DNA of 64,000 nt, taken from Takakia lepidozioides (taxonomy: Eukaryota; Plantae; Bryophyta). Below are positions 12,422 through 24,252 of this stretch, piece after piece. The notes under the pieces were generated by a model that was given only the letters and a program-made list of their open reading frames with translations, was not told the origin of the DNA and did no database searches. The stretch spans positions 31,682,001-31,746,000 of the forward strand of contig CM060732.1 of assembly GCA_030704615.1 (NCBI GenBank), read 5' to 3'. How positions within the stretch are numbered: position 1 is the stretch's first letter; the number at the start of each line of letters is the position of its first letter. The translations under genes and the position numbers were made by a program.

Positions 12422-15400
12422 TTCCTCATATATTCTCCTTGCACCTCCTAACAGGATTCTTCTTCGTCCCTGACCTCTCTCCCTTCTATTCCCTCTACTA
12501 GGCATTCCTTCTTCTCATCTTTCATCCGGCTACTCCATCTCTACTGCTCATTAATGAGCCACATTCTTTTGGCTGCGGCGCGGCTCCCCAAGACAGTTCT
12601 CTGGAAGTGTTTGCACTTTGCATGTATTGCCATTTCCTGAAGGCTGCGGGGCTTTTTATGATTCTGATCTGCACTTCCAGCTAATGCCTGCAAGCATCGT
12701 CCCTCACACTTCATGAAAGTCTGCGGAGTTGAAGCGGAACTGACCTGCGCAGCTCACCCTGGCCGCTTTCCATAACGCGCTGGCCTACATTGCGGCGATG
12801 GAGTATCGGGAGGTGATCTCTCCAACCCCCTCTTTATGACTCCATTGCAGCTCGGTTCTTGTTTGCTTCCTCCCTTGTTCTGCAATTACTTGGTCAGGCT
12901 GCATTTCCGGCCAGCAGCGGTAGCATTAACAAACAAGTCCCCGTGTAGGCACTCACAAGTTGCTGAGTGCAGTCCTGGTCCCTCCCACTTTGCTAGTGTT
13001 TCGGCTGCTCATCTCTTGCTTCAATTCGATCCTTCCTAGATATCCTCACTATGGCCTAGAGGATCTGTGGTTGTGGCTGGAGGATTTCTGGGCAGGACCT
13101 TTGCTTCCTATCTTTTGCAGGAACCATGAATGCCAGAGGAGCACCAAGTCATCGAGGCAGCAAAGGCGGTTCTGCTCGTCGATCAGGCTCAGCTGTGGCA
13201 ATCGGCAGTGGGAGGTCAAAATGGATAATGAAAAACTACTCCACTTCCAATGGCTCAAGGGACTCAATCTTGGGCAAAAGTCCAACCCAATCGGCCGATG
13301 TACACTCCCCTAGTGAAGAGGACGCCGTGTGGGAGGATTCCATTCCACAGGAGGTGACCGACCGGCCAGTTCTAGTCTTGGACAAAGAGAAGCTCCGATC
13401 GCAGGAGCTGAAGCTCACTCAAAGGGGGATTTTGATCTACTTCCCGGGGAAAACCAGACCCAGGCTGTGGGTACGTCGCTGGATTGTTAAACATCTTGGA
13501 GCTGACGGAGGTCTTGCCCACCACTACAGCCTCTCCATGGGCAAAGGCTTCTACCTGGCCTTGTTCAGTTCCCCTGAAGAAGCAGAGACACCTCTGAAAT
13601 TTAACACTCAGCTGTCAGCTGTCAAGGTCTTCCTCTTCCCCTGGACCCACGATTGGGGTCTCAGGAAAGGCGTGATGTGGAAGCCAAGGGTTATTGTGAT
13701 ACCCTTCCTTCCGGCTACTTATATGTCCTCTCTCCCTGAAATAGGCGCCAGCTTCGGCACCTTCATGGGCTCACTGAATGTTTTTGAGCCGATGCAGGAC
13801 AACATAAGGAGTGTGGATAATGAAGCGGCAAACTTTGACTTCTACAAAGATGGAGGGGTCCCTAAGTTAGTGGTCCTCATGCCGGAGAATGAGCCCATTG
13901 GTTCCTCAATCAAGCTTCCTACCCTCGATGATTCTTTCATCGTCATAGCGATCAAAGAGGAGCTAATATCTGCAACATGCTTCATCTGTAATGGAGAAGG
14001 TCACCTGCGTTCCAACTGCCCTAAATGATCCAAGCCACTCGATTTTGAGGCCCCCAAACCTCCTCTTTCGTCAAATACCAAAGCGGGCTCTTCGTTTGAT
14101 GCAGCAGCGGTTACTGTTTCCTTGGAACACGACGAAGGAGGTTTCCAGCCGGGTCAGTCTTCCAAAAAAAGGAAACGCAGTGAGGACTCCACCAAGTGGC
14201 TCCATCCTAATCGGCCATACGATCTCCATCCTGTAATCATAAAGGACAAATGGGCTTCGTTTCCTTTTTCACAGGAGGAGCTGCACCTTTTGGATAGCAC
14301 CAGTCTCGCTATCTCCTTCCTCGAGCTACACTCTTTCCCAAGGAGACCGCAGCCTGAGCCCCAGGTTCGCCGTACGCAAGGGACAGGGCAGCTATCTGTG
14401 TGACCCTTCTCGTCTACACCTTTTTTGACAACTACACAAACTTTTGTGTGTCCGACGAAGGGGAAGGATTCCGCTCTGTTGGGTCACAGAATCGATGGCC
14501 AAAGATTTTGGCGTTGGGAATGAAAAAGGAATTACTTTGTGCCTCAAGGCTCAAATTCTCAGGGAGTTTTTTCCCCAAATCTCCCTCTCCCTTCCTCACA
14601 TTCTCAACATAGGAATTATGGTGGAGAACAATCCTGCTCTGGTCAATCTGGCAGTCGTTCATGTGCTTCCCATCTTTCATGCCATTGACCTGCAGCTATC
14701 GGTCAAACCTCTCAAGGGTTTGTGGGCAGATGGATTTGGCCTGTCCTGCAGGGTAAATGATCCCAACACCTAGGCTCGCAGCTCCTTAATTTTGGAGGAA
14801 GGGCAACGCATGGTGACTGAACTCACCGGTCTGCAGAAGCTCAAGGGTCCAGCAGTTCAAGCACCACAGGAAGATCACCACATCCCCACTGAAGTCCAGC
14901 CAAATAACAGAGAAATCGTCCTATATAATGAGGCAGACATGCTGCACTCCTCCAACAGGGCACACAACAGTTTTGAAGAAATGAAGCAGCCCAAGGAGAC
15001 GGTGGACTTGCCCCCGGCGCTGTTTCCAGGTCTTCGGAAGAACGTGGCAGGCTGCTCATCAATGATTTTCACCAGTCCTGGGGGGAAAATGATACTCTCA
15101 GAACCATGCTTCCCAACTTGCGATTCTATTGGAAAGTCACCACTCCAGCTCATTGGACTGTCCCCTGGTGAAGGAGACGATGCAGATTTTAATTGGAGAC
15201 ACAAGAATCCTCGTGTGACCAAGTTCAGGACCCAGTTGAGGTTTTAGCTTGTAGTACTCGGCCCTCTTTCATCTTTTCTCCTGGCTTCCTGTCATGGAGG
15301 AGGATACAACCTCCTTGAACTATCTGAAGTCTTCTTAATCTTCCCTGCCCATCATCATTCTTAGGCTTAGTTTTATATTACTTATCAGGCCTAGATTTCT

Positions 15401-15644
15401 GGTTCCAGTTTTCTCTTGGTGCACGGGATGAGACATCCCTGCTCCCTCCCCCCCCCCCTTCTTTTTTCTGCTTGTAGCTCGAATGCTATGGTTACGGGGA
15501 TGTTCCCCCTCGGTGAGCCTCACGGCCTCCCTGGTGGTTATGTTTTCCACCTTTTTGTGAACATTTCTCTGATTTAATTTGATTAAAAGGGCCTCTGTCC
15601 CCCTTTTAAATTTATTGAAATAAATTAATATTTAAAAAAAAAAA
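12422..15644 (+). mobile_element. ORF1-only non-LTR (L1-derived, HAL1-like) retroelement
   Basis: Poly(A) at 15634-15646; candidate 7-bp TSD AACGGTT (12415-12421, 15645-15651); L1-type ORF1; no endonuclease or RT motifs seen. Confidence 0.7.
13126..15247 (+). pseudogene. LINE ORF1-like protein (DUF4283/RRM-like region plus CCHC knuckle) with long C-terminal extension, disrupted
   Basis: MGKGFYLALFSSPEEAE...LFPW...IPFLP...IGASFG...CFICNGEGHLRSNCP; the same frame resumes after the TGA at 14026 (ORF 14122-14403), then continues through frameshifts to 15247. Confidence 0.75.
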
Positions 15645-15738
15645 AACGGTTCATCCCCTCGGATGTTTGTCAAATGGGAGATATACCCTCATTGGTGAGG
15701 GTATGTCTGGTTTTGGACGGGGCCCACCAAAAACGGGG

Positions 15739-16030
15739 TTAATGCTTGTGCGAGCCTGGGAGCCCTGGAGAACTGGAGAAAGGCAAAGTGGTCCATGGTG
15801 ACATCAACAGCCCAAATTGCCCAAAATGTCATTCTGGAGACTACCCTAGTTGACATGTATGCCAATTGCGGTAGCATGAAGCATTCAACAACATGGCTCA
15901 ACAAAATGTGGTCTCACGGAACGCCATGATTGCAGGATATGCCCAGCATGGGTGTGCTAGGGAGGCCCTCCAAGTCTTTGAGCAAATGCAACAGAAAGGC
16001 TGGAAGCCAGATGGTTTCACCTTTACAAGT
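15739..16030 (+). pseudogene. PPR fragment, right half of the piggyBac target site
   Basis: NACASLGALE..KGKVVHGDI...LETTLVDMYANCGS...MIAGYAQHG...; 8-bp duplication CTGGAGAA causes a frameshift. Confidence 0.85.
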
Positions 16031-16337
16031 GCTTTCCCTCTGCCAGGCATTTACTCTTGATGCACTCCTGCAAGTGACAGACTTAAGTATCAGAGTCTGC
16101 CACAATGCCTCCTTGGTTCAAAGTGTGCAGTGCCTCTTTCAGTAGCCCTGCCTCACATGGCATCCTCACATGCCCAGAATCGCCAGAAGAGGCGCTGTTG
16201 ACTCCCTCTCTTGGTCCTCTTTCGGAAGCTGTGGTCATGGTGGAGGTGCCTGATTTTACCGACTGTGCAGCTGCTGCTGCTTCCAGTTGACCATCTACCC
16301 ATGCAGGTTTCTTGTAGCTACTCATCGAAGGAATCAT
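16030..16337 (-). pseudogene. N-terminal fragment of a PPR gene, paralogous to 46840-47040
   Basis: Nucleotide match such as TTCAAAGTGTGCAG(T/C)GCCTCTTTCAGT at about 16117 and 46922; LKEALHTLNQ motif in both. Confidence 0.7.
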
Positions 16338-17561
16338 AGGTAAGATTATGCTTGAAATCCGGCCCTCTTGGATGACACTCCATCCCTGCTCCTTCAGCTA
16401 TCCTGCCTCCGCACCAATAATGTAGAGATCCTTTGCCTTGCTCCTAGCAGCTGACAATGGCAGCCTAGATTGTTCTTGCAAACACCCTAACTTATCACAC
16501 ACTAGTTCCTATGCTGAATTGCTCCAAAGACTTTAAAAATGTGCTGGGGATGACAATTTCCAAGAAAGATTTGCCATGCATCTCGTTCTCTGTCTCTCTC
16601 TGTAATCTAACAGGCACTCACCTTTCTGCTTCGATTGTCCCACCATTGACTGGGGTCTGAAAAGTATTCATTCGAAAGCTTCTACTGACCTCTGTTATCT
16701 GTTTTTAAATACTTTCCTGTTGGCACATTGGCAGTAACATGTCAAAATCAATCCAAACCACAATGAGCTAACTTGGAGAATTCAACATGAAAACTTGGGG
16801 ACGACCTGAAATGTGTTGAAGAAGAAGATGCCCCCACCACATGGTCCTTGACCTAGTGTCAAGAAAGCAGCTAGCTTTTCTTTCACCCACGGAGGATTCA
16901 ACGGACCATGTACCCAAAAGGACATCTTTTGTGTGCTGCTTCTGTCTGGAGGCGGGTGATCTCGGATTGGTCTGTGAGAACCACCACGGGGCAGCTGAGC
17001 TTAAACACGGCCTCTTAAGACCAAGCTGATCCTCCCAAGTATCTTGTAACACATCATGATACTGACAGGAAGAGCCCACATTTGCATGCCCGACAAACCT
17101 CTTCAGATTGTACATTGTGAAAGCCATACCTTGAGATTGTGGTTGTCCCACCATCGTGAAGGATCTTTAAAAAACTGATGCCAGCGCTGCTCCATGCAGC
17201 TCCACGCTAGACCTTTCTGCCCGGAAATTCAACAACATCAACATTTCATTTTGACAAGTTCCTTTCCGTAGAGTGGTGGTGAGCTTTGCAGCAAAATTCA
17301 TGCAAGTCACTTTGGGCTCGATTGGACTGTACACAGTCAGGAACATACAAACATGTGCCATAGCCACCATATGCAAGAGACTCTGTCGTCTACGCATTGC
17401 CAAGCGGGATGGTTCTTTCACCTCCACAGCACAGCCCTTTAATCCTTATCTATATATTTATACATCATTATCTACAGATACAAACGTAACTCGGAATTGT
17501 GAAACGTGCCATCGGCCTAAGTCTTCCCCGCAGCCCCGGTCGCTTGAAGAGTGAAGGAGGA

Positions 17562-20500
17562 ATGGAGGGGCGTGTGCTCTGCTGCTGCTCCAGTTTGCAT
17601 GGAAGAAGCCGAGCTCCAGCAAGTGTGCAGCGACCATTTCAACGAGCGGTGCACATGAGAAGCTCACTGACCTTCTCCCAGTCCTTTCTCTCTCGAATCT
17701 CTGGTTCCCAAAATTCGGTTTCTGGAAACTCCCCCTTCCTTTGCGATGTGTCTTTGTCTTCATGTCTATTAGCTGACCGGCCGCTTCCTGCAGCCCATTC
17801 TCTTCGTTCTTCGAACTTCTTTTATCAGATATTATTAGGGGACAGAGCTATAGAAGGGAAACGATATGGAAGAGAGAGGCCCGGCGTTTGTGAGAGCAAG
17901 TTGACCACGGAGACGGGGGTCACAGAGCTGTCAGATGCTGAGGTATGCAGTACTCGATTGAAGGCTCTTTGATCAATCTGCACATGTTTTAAATGCCACT
18001 AGATCTGTAGCCTGCAATTAAACCCCGACTATCGAGATCATTCTGCGGAGAATGCGAGGAATTTTTTTGTTGATTCTCGCTACATGCTTGGGTGAATTCG
18101 GTCTCGGAATAGTTATTTCATCTCGTTAAGTCAATTCGTGGAAGCTTTCAAAGAATTTCCTGAAGCCGTGAATTTTTGTTGAAGTGCCGTCTAGCTGGCG
18201 GAAGGAGCAGGGAGGGGTGGGGAAGGGAGCAATGGAGGCGGAGGGGGACGAGGTGGAGGTGGGGGCGAAACAGTAGGCTGGATATCAAGTGCCCTTCTGT
18301 TTGCCTTCTATGGGGCCCTCCTCTACTATGTGGCCGTCTTATCTCCTGCCCAAACTCCTGTACGTCTCTCTCTCTCTCTTTTCTCACCAGTGGGACTGCC
18401 AAGTGCACCCACACCCACAAGTGACATATCTGCTACCGGCTACAACAGCGAATTATGTGAGCTGTAGCATTCTCTATGATCTCAAGAGACTCTCCTCCAC
18501 CAAAAGGATGTCAATGCCGGGCCTCAAATCAAACCCCAGCTCCCTGTAACCAAATCCTTCTTGGGCAGGCTAGCTCTACTGTATTTTCAGGCAGAATGTG
18601 ATACCTGGAAAACAGATCTCTTTCTCCTCATGGCCACAAGGTTACAGGCAGCACAGACTGGTAAGACTAGTAATTTTTTTGTTTCCATTTTTCCTAAGAT
18701 TGTATTCGGTCCATTCATGGCTGTGTTTTGTGCAATTAACATATGACAGGTTGTTTCTGGGATTGTCTTGAACTTGCACCTACTATTAATGTGATCAAGA
18801 TGTTTCAACATTTTCAGATTGGTTGTTCAGTACAGGGACCAATATTTTCTGGAGAAGTTGGTTGGGCTGAGGGGAGATGATGGGTTTGTCATGAACACAG
18901 TCCTTGTGTGCGAGTTTTACATCATGGGGCTATGGCCTCTCATCTACTCCAGCCTTTTGATCCCGTCTGGCCGCAGGTAACTAGCTAGTTTTCACATCTG
19001 TGCATCATTTAGGTCCCCTTTGTCCATTGAACATGGAAAGGGAAAAATGAGTGGAAAAGATCTCTGTTGTCATCAGGATAAAGCTTAGGGAAAGTGCTCT
19101 AGTCTTGTGTTAGTTTGCAGTGTGTTTCAGTGTGATGGAACAGAGTTTTATTATGATGTTGTACACCACGTTACAATTTGACACCAAAGACTAGGCTTAG
19201 GCACCTGAGCAGAAGGGTTCAATTTGAGCTGATGATTGAGAGTCATTGGTTTGAGTGAAAGCTATATCTTCTGCAACTGATGTATCCAGCTGATTTGGAT
19301 AACAGATGGAGTGTTTCTATGTAGGCAAGCAAGACATTACTCAGATCAAAATTTTGCTTCGTATTTTTCGTAAATTTATGTTTCCACTTTGGTGGTATGG
19401 CAGTGAAAGGGGTGTTCCTGTGTGGCCCTTTCTAGCTGTGTCCTTTGCTGCCGGGGCCTATGGTCTGGTTCCATATTTTGGGCTATGGCAGCCACCACCT
19501 CCTTCCGTGAAGAATGAGGAGCTCCAGCGGTGGCCACTCAATTTTCTGGAGAGCAAAATTTTTGCAGCAGTTTGTCTCTCTCCTATTCCCTTTGACTTGA
19601 ATGAAGCCATAGAGGAATGGTTTGTTTTTTAGTCTAAGTGCCTTTGTCGATTTGTAATTTTCACGCAGAGGATAGTTTGCAAAACTAGTTGGATAGTCTA
19701 GCGTTCTCACTTTGAGAAATTTTTGAAAGGTATTGTTCTTATGATGTTCTCTCTCATGGGTGCAGGTAGTGCTCGTTTCTGGAATAGGTTTGTCAGTGGC
19801 TGCAGCATTGGCTGGTACTGATGCTTGGACGGAATTTTTTCAGTACTTCAGAGAGAGCAAATTTGTATGTTGTCACCTCTACCTGACCCTTTCTTATAAC
19901 AATAGGGAATCGTGCTAAAGAAGGGGGTCGTCATTTGTCTCTAGGTCCTAGACGGTATTGTAGTGGTCTGGTAGTTTTTGCCTGTCTGGTTGCTGTGGTT
20001 CTTGGTCCCATAAGCTCAAAGCTTCTTGTGGAGGTTAAATGGCCATCCTAGAGAGTCACCCCACATTTATCCTGACAATCTACTTAAAGTCTCTTTCTTC
20101 CCCTCTATTCCTCTCTACCTTTTCGAAACTTGCCCTAACTGGCGTGGGGTCTATGGCCTTAAGGCTACACCAAACAACGTCTCCTTATTACATTCTTTTC
20201 AAAACTTAGTAGAATGCTGTGCTCTTCTGAGGTTAATGTCTGCTAATGTGTTTCTGCACAACTTACTCCCTTTCTTGCATGCATGGGTTGACAGATACAT
20301 GTGATGTCTGTTGACTTTCTAACGCTGTCATCATTGGCACCATTCTGGGTCTACAATGACATGGCTACCCGCAAATGGTGAGGTTGTCTTTTTTGTCTAA
20401 CTCTCCTCTTATCAACACCCTCCATTCTCACGGTTTCTCTTCTCTCACAGCTCTTATGTTGCTGAGTTGTCGCATTCACTTCATCTGCAGGAAGTGTGCC

Positions 20501-20970
20501 CTTTTTAGTCTTTGTTCCAAAAGCCAGAAAGCACTTACAGTGTGGATGCAGAACTGAATGAACAAATAAACGTTACCTTCCTTCCATTTGAAGGCGTTTG
20601 GCAGAAGAGTAAAAACCTCATACTACTTCAATACATGTTTAGTTTTCCAAACAAAACCTTCTCCAGGTGGAGGGCCTGTCTTGGATTGCTCAAAACTTTT
20701 ATGTGGTCAATACTTTCATCCTGATGTCGGTTTGCAGCAGATAAGCAAACAAACAGGAGAGGCTCAGGACTGCTGTCTCTCATCACCCAAAAGGCTGGAG
20801 TGGTTCTAAGCTATGGCAAAGTTGTGAATGCTTGCAGGTTGGACAAGAGTTTGTGGGTGCTACCACTGTCACTGATTCCTTATATTGGCCCTGCCCTGTA
20901 TCTTGTTCTGCGCCCACCTCTTCCATCATCCATGCTCGAAGAAGAGACTGGAGAATTTTCTGACTCGTAA
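17562..20970 (+). CDS. Multi-exon conserved plant membrane protein, probably plastid-targeted (DUF2834-like / At2g04360-like)
   Basis: Approximate exons 17562-17942, 18195-18359 (GWISSALLFAFYGALLYYVAVLSPAQTP), 18831-18976 (YRDQYFLEKL...MGLWPLIY), about 19403-19569 (VPVWPFL..SFAAGAYGLVPYF), about 19766-19864, about 20295-20377, about 20838-20970 (IPYIGPALYLVLRP); GT-AG boundaries; Ser-rich N-terminus. Confidence 0.8.
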
Positions 20971-21755
20971 TAGTCCTCATTGAAGGGTTTGCAAAGAAGT
21001 GGGCAGACAGGAATGGGTGAGCTGGTGAGGGAGATGCCTATGAGGATGATCCTCAAGTCAAAAAAGAATGTCATGCAGCTAGCAATCAACTGGACCTATT
21101 AAAAATGCACATTACACAAGTTTACGCTTTCACTGTCCCTTTTGGTGTGTCTTCTAGTGATAGTCCCTTCCTGTGGTGGCCACTAGCATTAAGAGTGGCC
21201 ACCCTCTTCACTGAGTATTGCTCTGCATTTTCATTGCCAGATAGCTGATCACTATTCTTTGAGCTCCTTCGGACAGGACAGCTCTTTTGAGAGGAACTCC
21301 AAACCCTGCCAGCACTTCTGACGCCATGGGTCCTCCCTGGTAACATGAAAATAATAGAGGAAAGTTACCAAGGCCAAAGGATGCTGCATGAAAAGGTCCT
21401 TCACCTTCACATTTGTCTCGGGACTGAAGATGGGATGACTGGTACTTCAACTAACCAAGTATCGGACACGTCATGTGAATTTGAAGTTTGGTTCGCAAGA
21501 GTTGCAGTCTACACCATGCCTTATGTTCAATTTTATGTTTACATGTGCATTCACAGGAATATCTCTATCATTCCAATGATCCATGTACAGGACAGTGACC
21601 TAAAACCCAGTAAGTTCAAAAGTCTGCTTACATTTGTGGATTGATTCTCTCGAGTATTTCATACACACAAAGGTGTTCCAAATGGCATGGTAGGTAGTCA
21701 AAGAGGATCTGTCAAAGAGAAATGGCTGGACTTCATTTGACAAAGAGGTCCAAAC

Positions 21756-23217
21756 CAGTGTTGGGCGGGTATTACTTTTTCTAATACCAGCCGGGTCCGG
21801 GTATTGAAAAGAAATTATTGCAATACCAGCCGGTTCCATAGTATTGAAAGATTCCCTTAATTTTAATACCCGCCGGTTCTCAATAGTAGTATGATTTTCG
21901 ATTTGCGGATGGGTATTCCAATCTAATACCATCCGGTTATCAACCCGGGTATAAGTAATAAAAATAAAAAATAAAAAAAACCACTAAATCATTAATATGT
22001 ATTGAATTTAGATTATTTCGGTTGATTTCACAAAGAAATTAATTATTGTGTTGCAAAATTCAGTCTTTGCATTACATAATAACAATGTTGCAGATTTTAG
22101 TATCCAAATTGAAGCAAGCTTAGTTAAAAGAAGATTGATTGCAACCACATAAGACACCCTACATGCGCAAAAAATAAATAAAGAATAGGGGCGGGCCCGC
22201 CCTACATGTGCTAAGAAATGAAGCATACAATACATAGCGGAGGCCCTTGGGGCGGACATACCCTCCTTGACATGTGCACCAGTGTTGGTATGGAATCTGG
22301 GTTTCGCAGGGTATCAACCCGGGTCTCTCCTAACCTAACCTATTGTTCTTTGTTCCCGTAAACATTTGTAGCACCCTACCAAAAGGTTTATGAGTTCCGT
22401 GGCGGCCCCCAAACCCTAACAAGCGGCAGTTAGGGTTCTCCTTTCCCCGCCCCCTACCAGAGCTCAACTGGTCGCTGCAGGTTTGTTCGGATATCATGTT
22501 AATATGCACATATAGACATTATGGATGCAAGGTTTCATGTGTTTATGAGCGCCTCTTTATGATCTTCATTTGCGAGACACTATGGATGCAATTCTGATTT
22601 AGTGTATAATTTTATGGGGTTTGGTATCCTATGGGATGAGTAGGTTTCCCTTGTGGGTTTCTTGAATATTCAAATGGCCATTTGAATAGTTCATATGGCC
22701 ATTTCAATATTGAGTTGGAATTTGAATACTAGTACCATTTTTATTTTATTATTTTTTAATACCATATCCGAGTTCATATTTCTAGGTTATTGACATTCAG
22801 ATACCATTGCTCTTATCCGGATTGATTTTCTTTTTAAAAACACTCTATGCATACCAGTCACTCTTTGAAAAAATCAGAGGCTGCATTATTGGAAAACCTA
22901 CCTGCCTTAAAAAAATTCAGCATTGCATACCAAGACCCTTTTGGTATTTCCAATTCAAGATACCAGACCAACACTGATGTGCACCCTCTTCTCTTACCCT
23001 GAACCCTAACATATTGTGCATCTAGCCAATTTCCTATTCATACCATGGTATAGTCCTTGTTTTTGCCCATAATACGGGTATGCACCCGGGTATTGCCTTG
23101 GCAATACCAGCCGATCCGGTTATCAACCATAGTATTGGAATTTCCAAGACCAGTCGGGTCGGTTATTCAATACCCTGGTTGATACCCGGCCAGACCCTAT
23201 ATACCAGTCCAACAGTG
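21756..23217. mobile_element. Non-autonomous hAT element (outer)
   Basis: TIR CAGTGTTGG / CCAACAGTG (1 mismatch); 8-bp TSD GTCCAAAC (21748-21755, 23218-23225); subterminal ATACC/GGTAT motifs. Confidence 0.88.
22280..22976. mobile_element. Non-autonomous hAT element (inner, nested)
   Basis: Perfect 10-bp TIR CAGTGTTGGT / ACCAACACTG; 8-bp TSD ATGTGCAC (22272-22279, 22977-22984). Confidence 0.92.
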
Positions 23218-23334
23218 GTCCAAACGTCCAACCTTCAAATACGGATGACGCCATTTGGTGATTGGCAATGAACGGTGGTCGTGGGAGCCCTTATAAAGTT
23301 ATCGGTAGGAGCCGTGTCGCTCAATTCTTTTCAG

Positions 23335-23618
23335 CGACGCTCTCGCTCGTTTCTCGAAGTTCTTGCTCAACAACTCGAGAAGTTGAGAGCGAGAAGAACT
23401 CCCAGAAGCAACGCTCGGCTCCAGAGCAACTCGAGAAATTGAGAGCAAGAACTCCCATAAGCGACGCTCGGCTCCAGCAACTCGAGAAGTTGAGAGCAAG
23501 AACTCCTATAAGCGACGCTCGGCTCCAGCAACTCGAGAAGTTGAGAGCAAGAACTCCTAGAAGCTCGAGCGTCACTTATGGGAGTTCGTGCTCTCAACTT
23601 CTCGAGTTGCTGGAGCCC
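23335..23618. repeat. 51-bp tandem repeat (about 4 copies) followed by an inverted copy
   Basis: Unit GCTCGGCTCCAGCAACTCGAGAAGTTGAGAGCAAGAACTCC(C/T)ATAAGCGAC; reverse-complement copy at about 23575-23615. Confidence 0.85.
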
Positions 23619-23621
23619 TCA

Positions 23622-24252
23622 TGCTATCGGTTTGGCTTCTCAAATTGTTGTTTCTGGATCTGATCTCGTATTGAGTCGCTTGCGTTAGAATTCGTCTTGA
23701 ATCTTGTGTCCCTCACACACATGCTGCTGCTGGGATCCTTTGGGATTGTGTTTGCTGCCAAGAGTCGACTTCCTAGCACGGAAGCAAATCAAGAATGAGA
23801 CGAGGGGTTGGAGCTGCCACACTGGGGTACGCCTCCAAGGAATTCGTATGAATTTATGAGTGATTCGATCCAAGTCCAGCACTGAACCGGTGTACTTTAA
23901 GAGGTATAATCGCCATGAAGACTCAACCATTGCTTCTCGAGTTCTTGCTATCGTTTGGCTTCTCGAATTGTTGTTTCTAGATCTGATCTCGTATTGAGTC
24001 GCTTGCGTTAGTATTCGTCTTGAATCTTGCGTCCCTCACACTTGCTGCTGCCGGGATCCTTTGGGATTGTGTCTGTTGCCAGGAGTCTGACTTCATAGCA
24101 CGGAAGCAAATCAAGAATGAGAGGAGGGGTTGGAGCTGCCACACTGGGGTACGCTTATGGGGAATTCATATAAATTTATGAGTAATACGATCCAAGTCCA
24201 TCACCGAACCGGTGTGCTTTAAGAGGTATAATCGCCATGAAGACTCAACCAC
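23622..24252. repeat. Tandem duplication of an approximately 320-bp unit
   Basis: 23622-23930 and 23946-24252 both run TGCTATCG...GATCTGATCTCGTATTGAGTCGCTTGCGTTAG...AAGACTCAACCA. Confidence 0.88.

Larger units (their letters stand above)
602..15738 (+). mobile_element. piggyBac-like DNA transposon (about 4.9 kb core plus two nested retroelements)
   Basis: TTAA at 598-601 and 15739-15742; termini CCCC...GGGG; removing the element restores the PPR frame VTFVCVL-N-ACASLGALE; internal piggyBac-type DDD transposase. Confidence 0.88.

Noticed and set aside
16768-17430. Minus-strand gene (ORFs of 128 and 86 aa)
   Set aside because: No recognisable motif or consistent exon structure.
23262-23663. 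Repeat-protein ORFs (QQLEKLRARTPISDARL)
   Set aside because: By-product of the 51-bp DNA repeat; open on both strands.
23622-24252. TRIM or LTR pair
   Set aside because: No TG..CA termini, PBS, PPT or TSD; the units are nearly adjacent.
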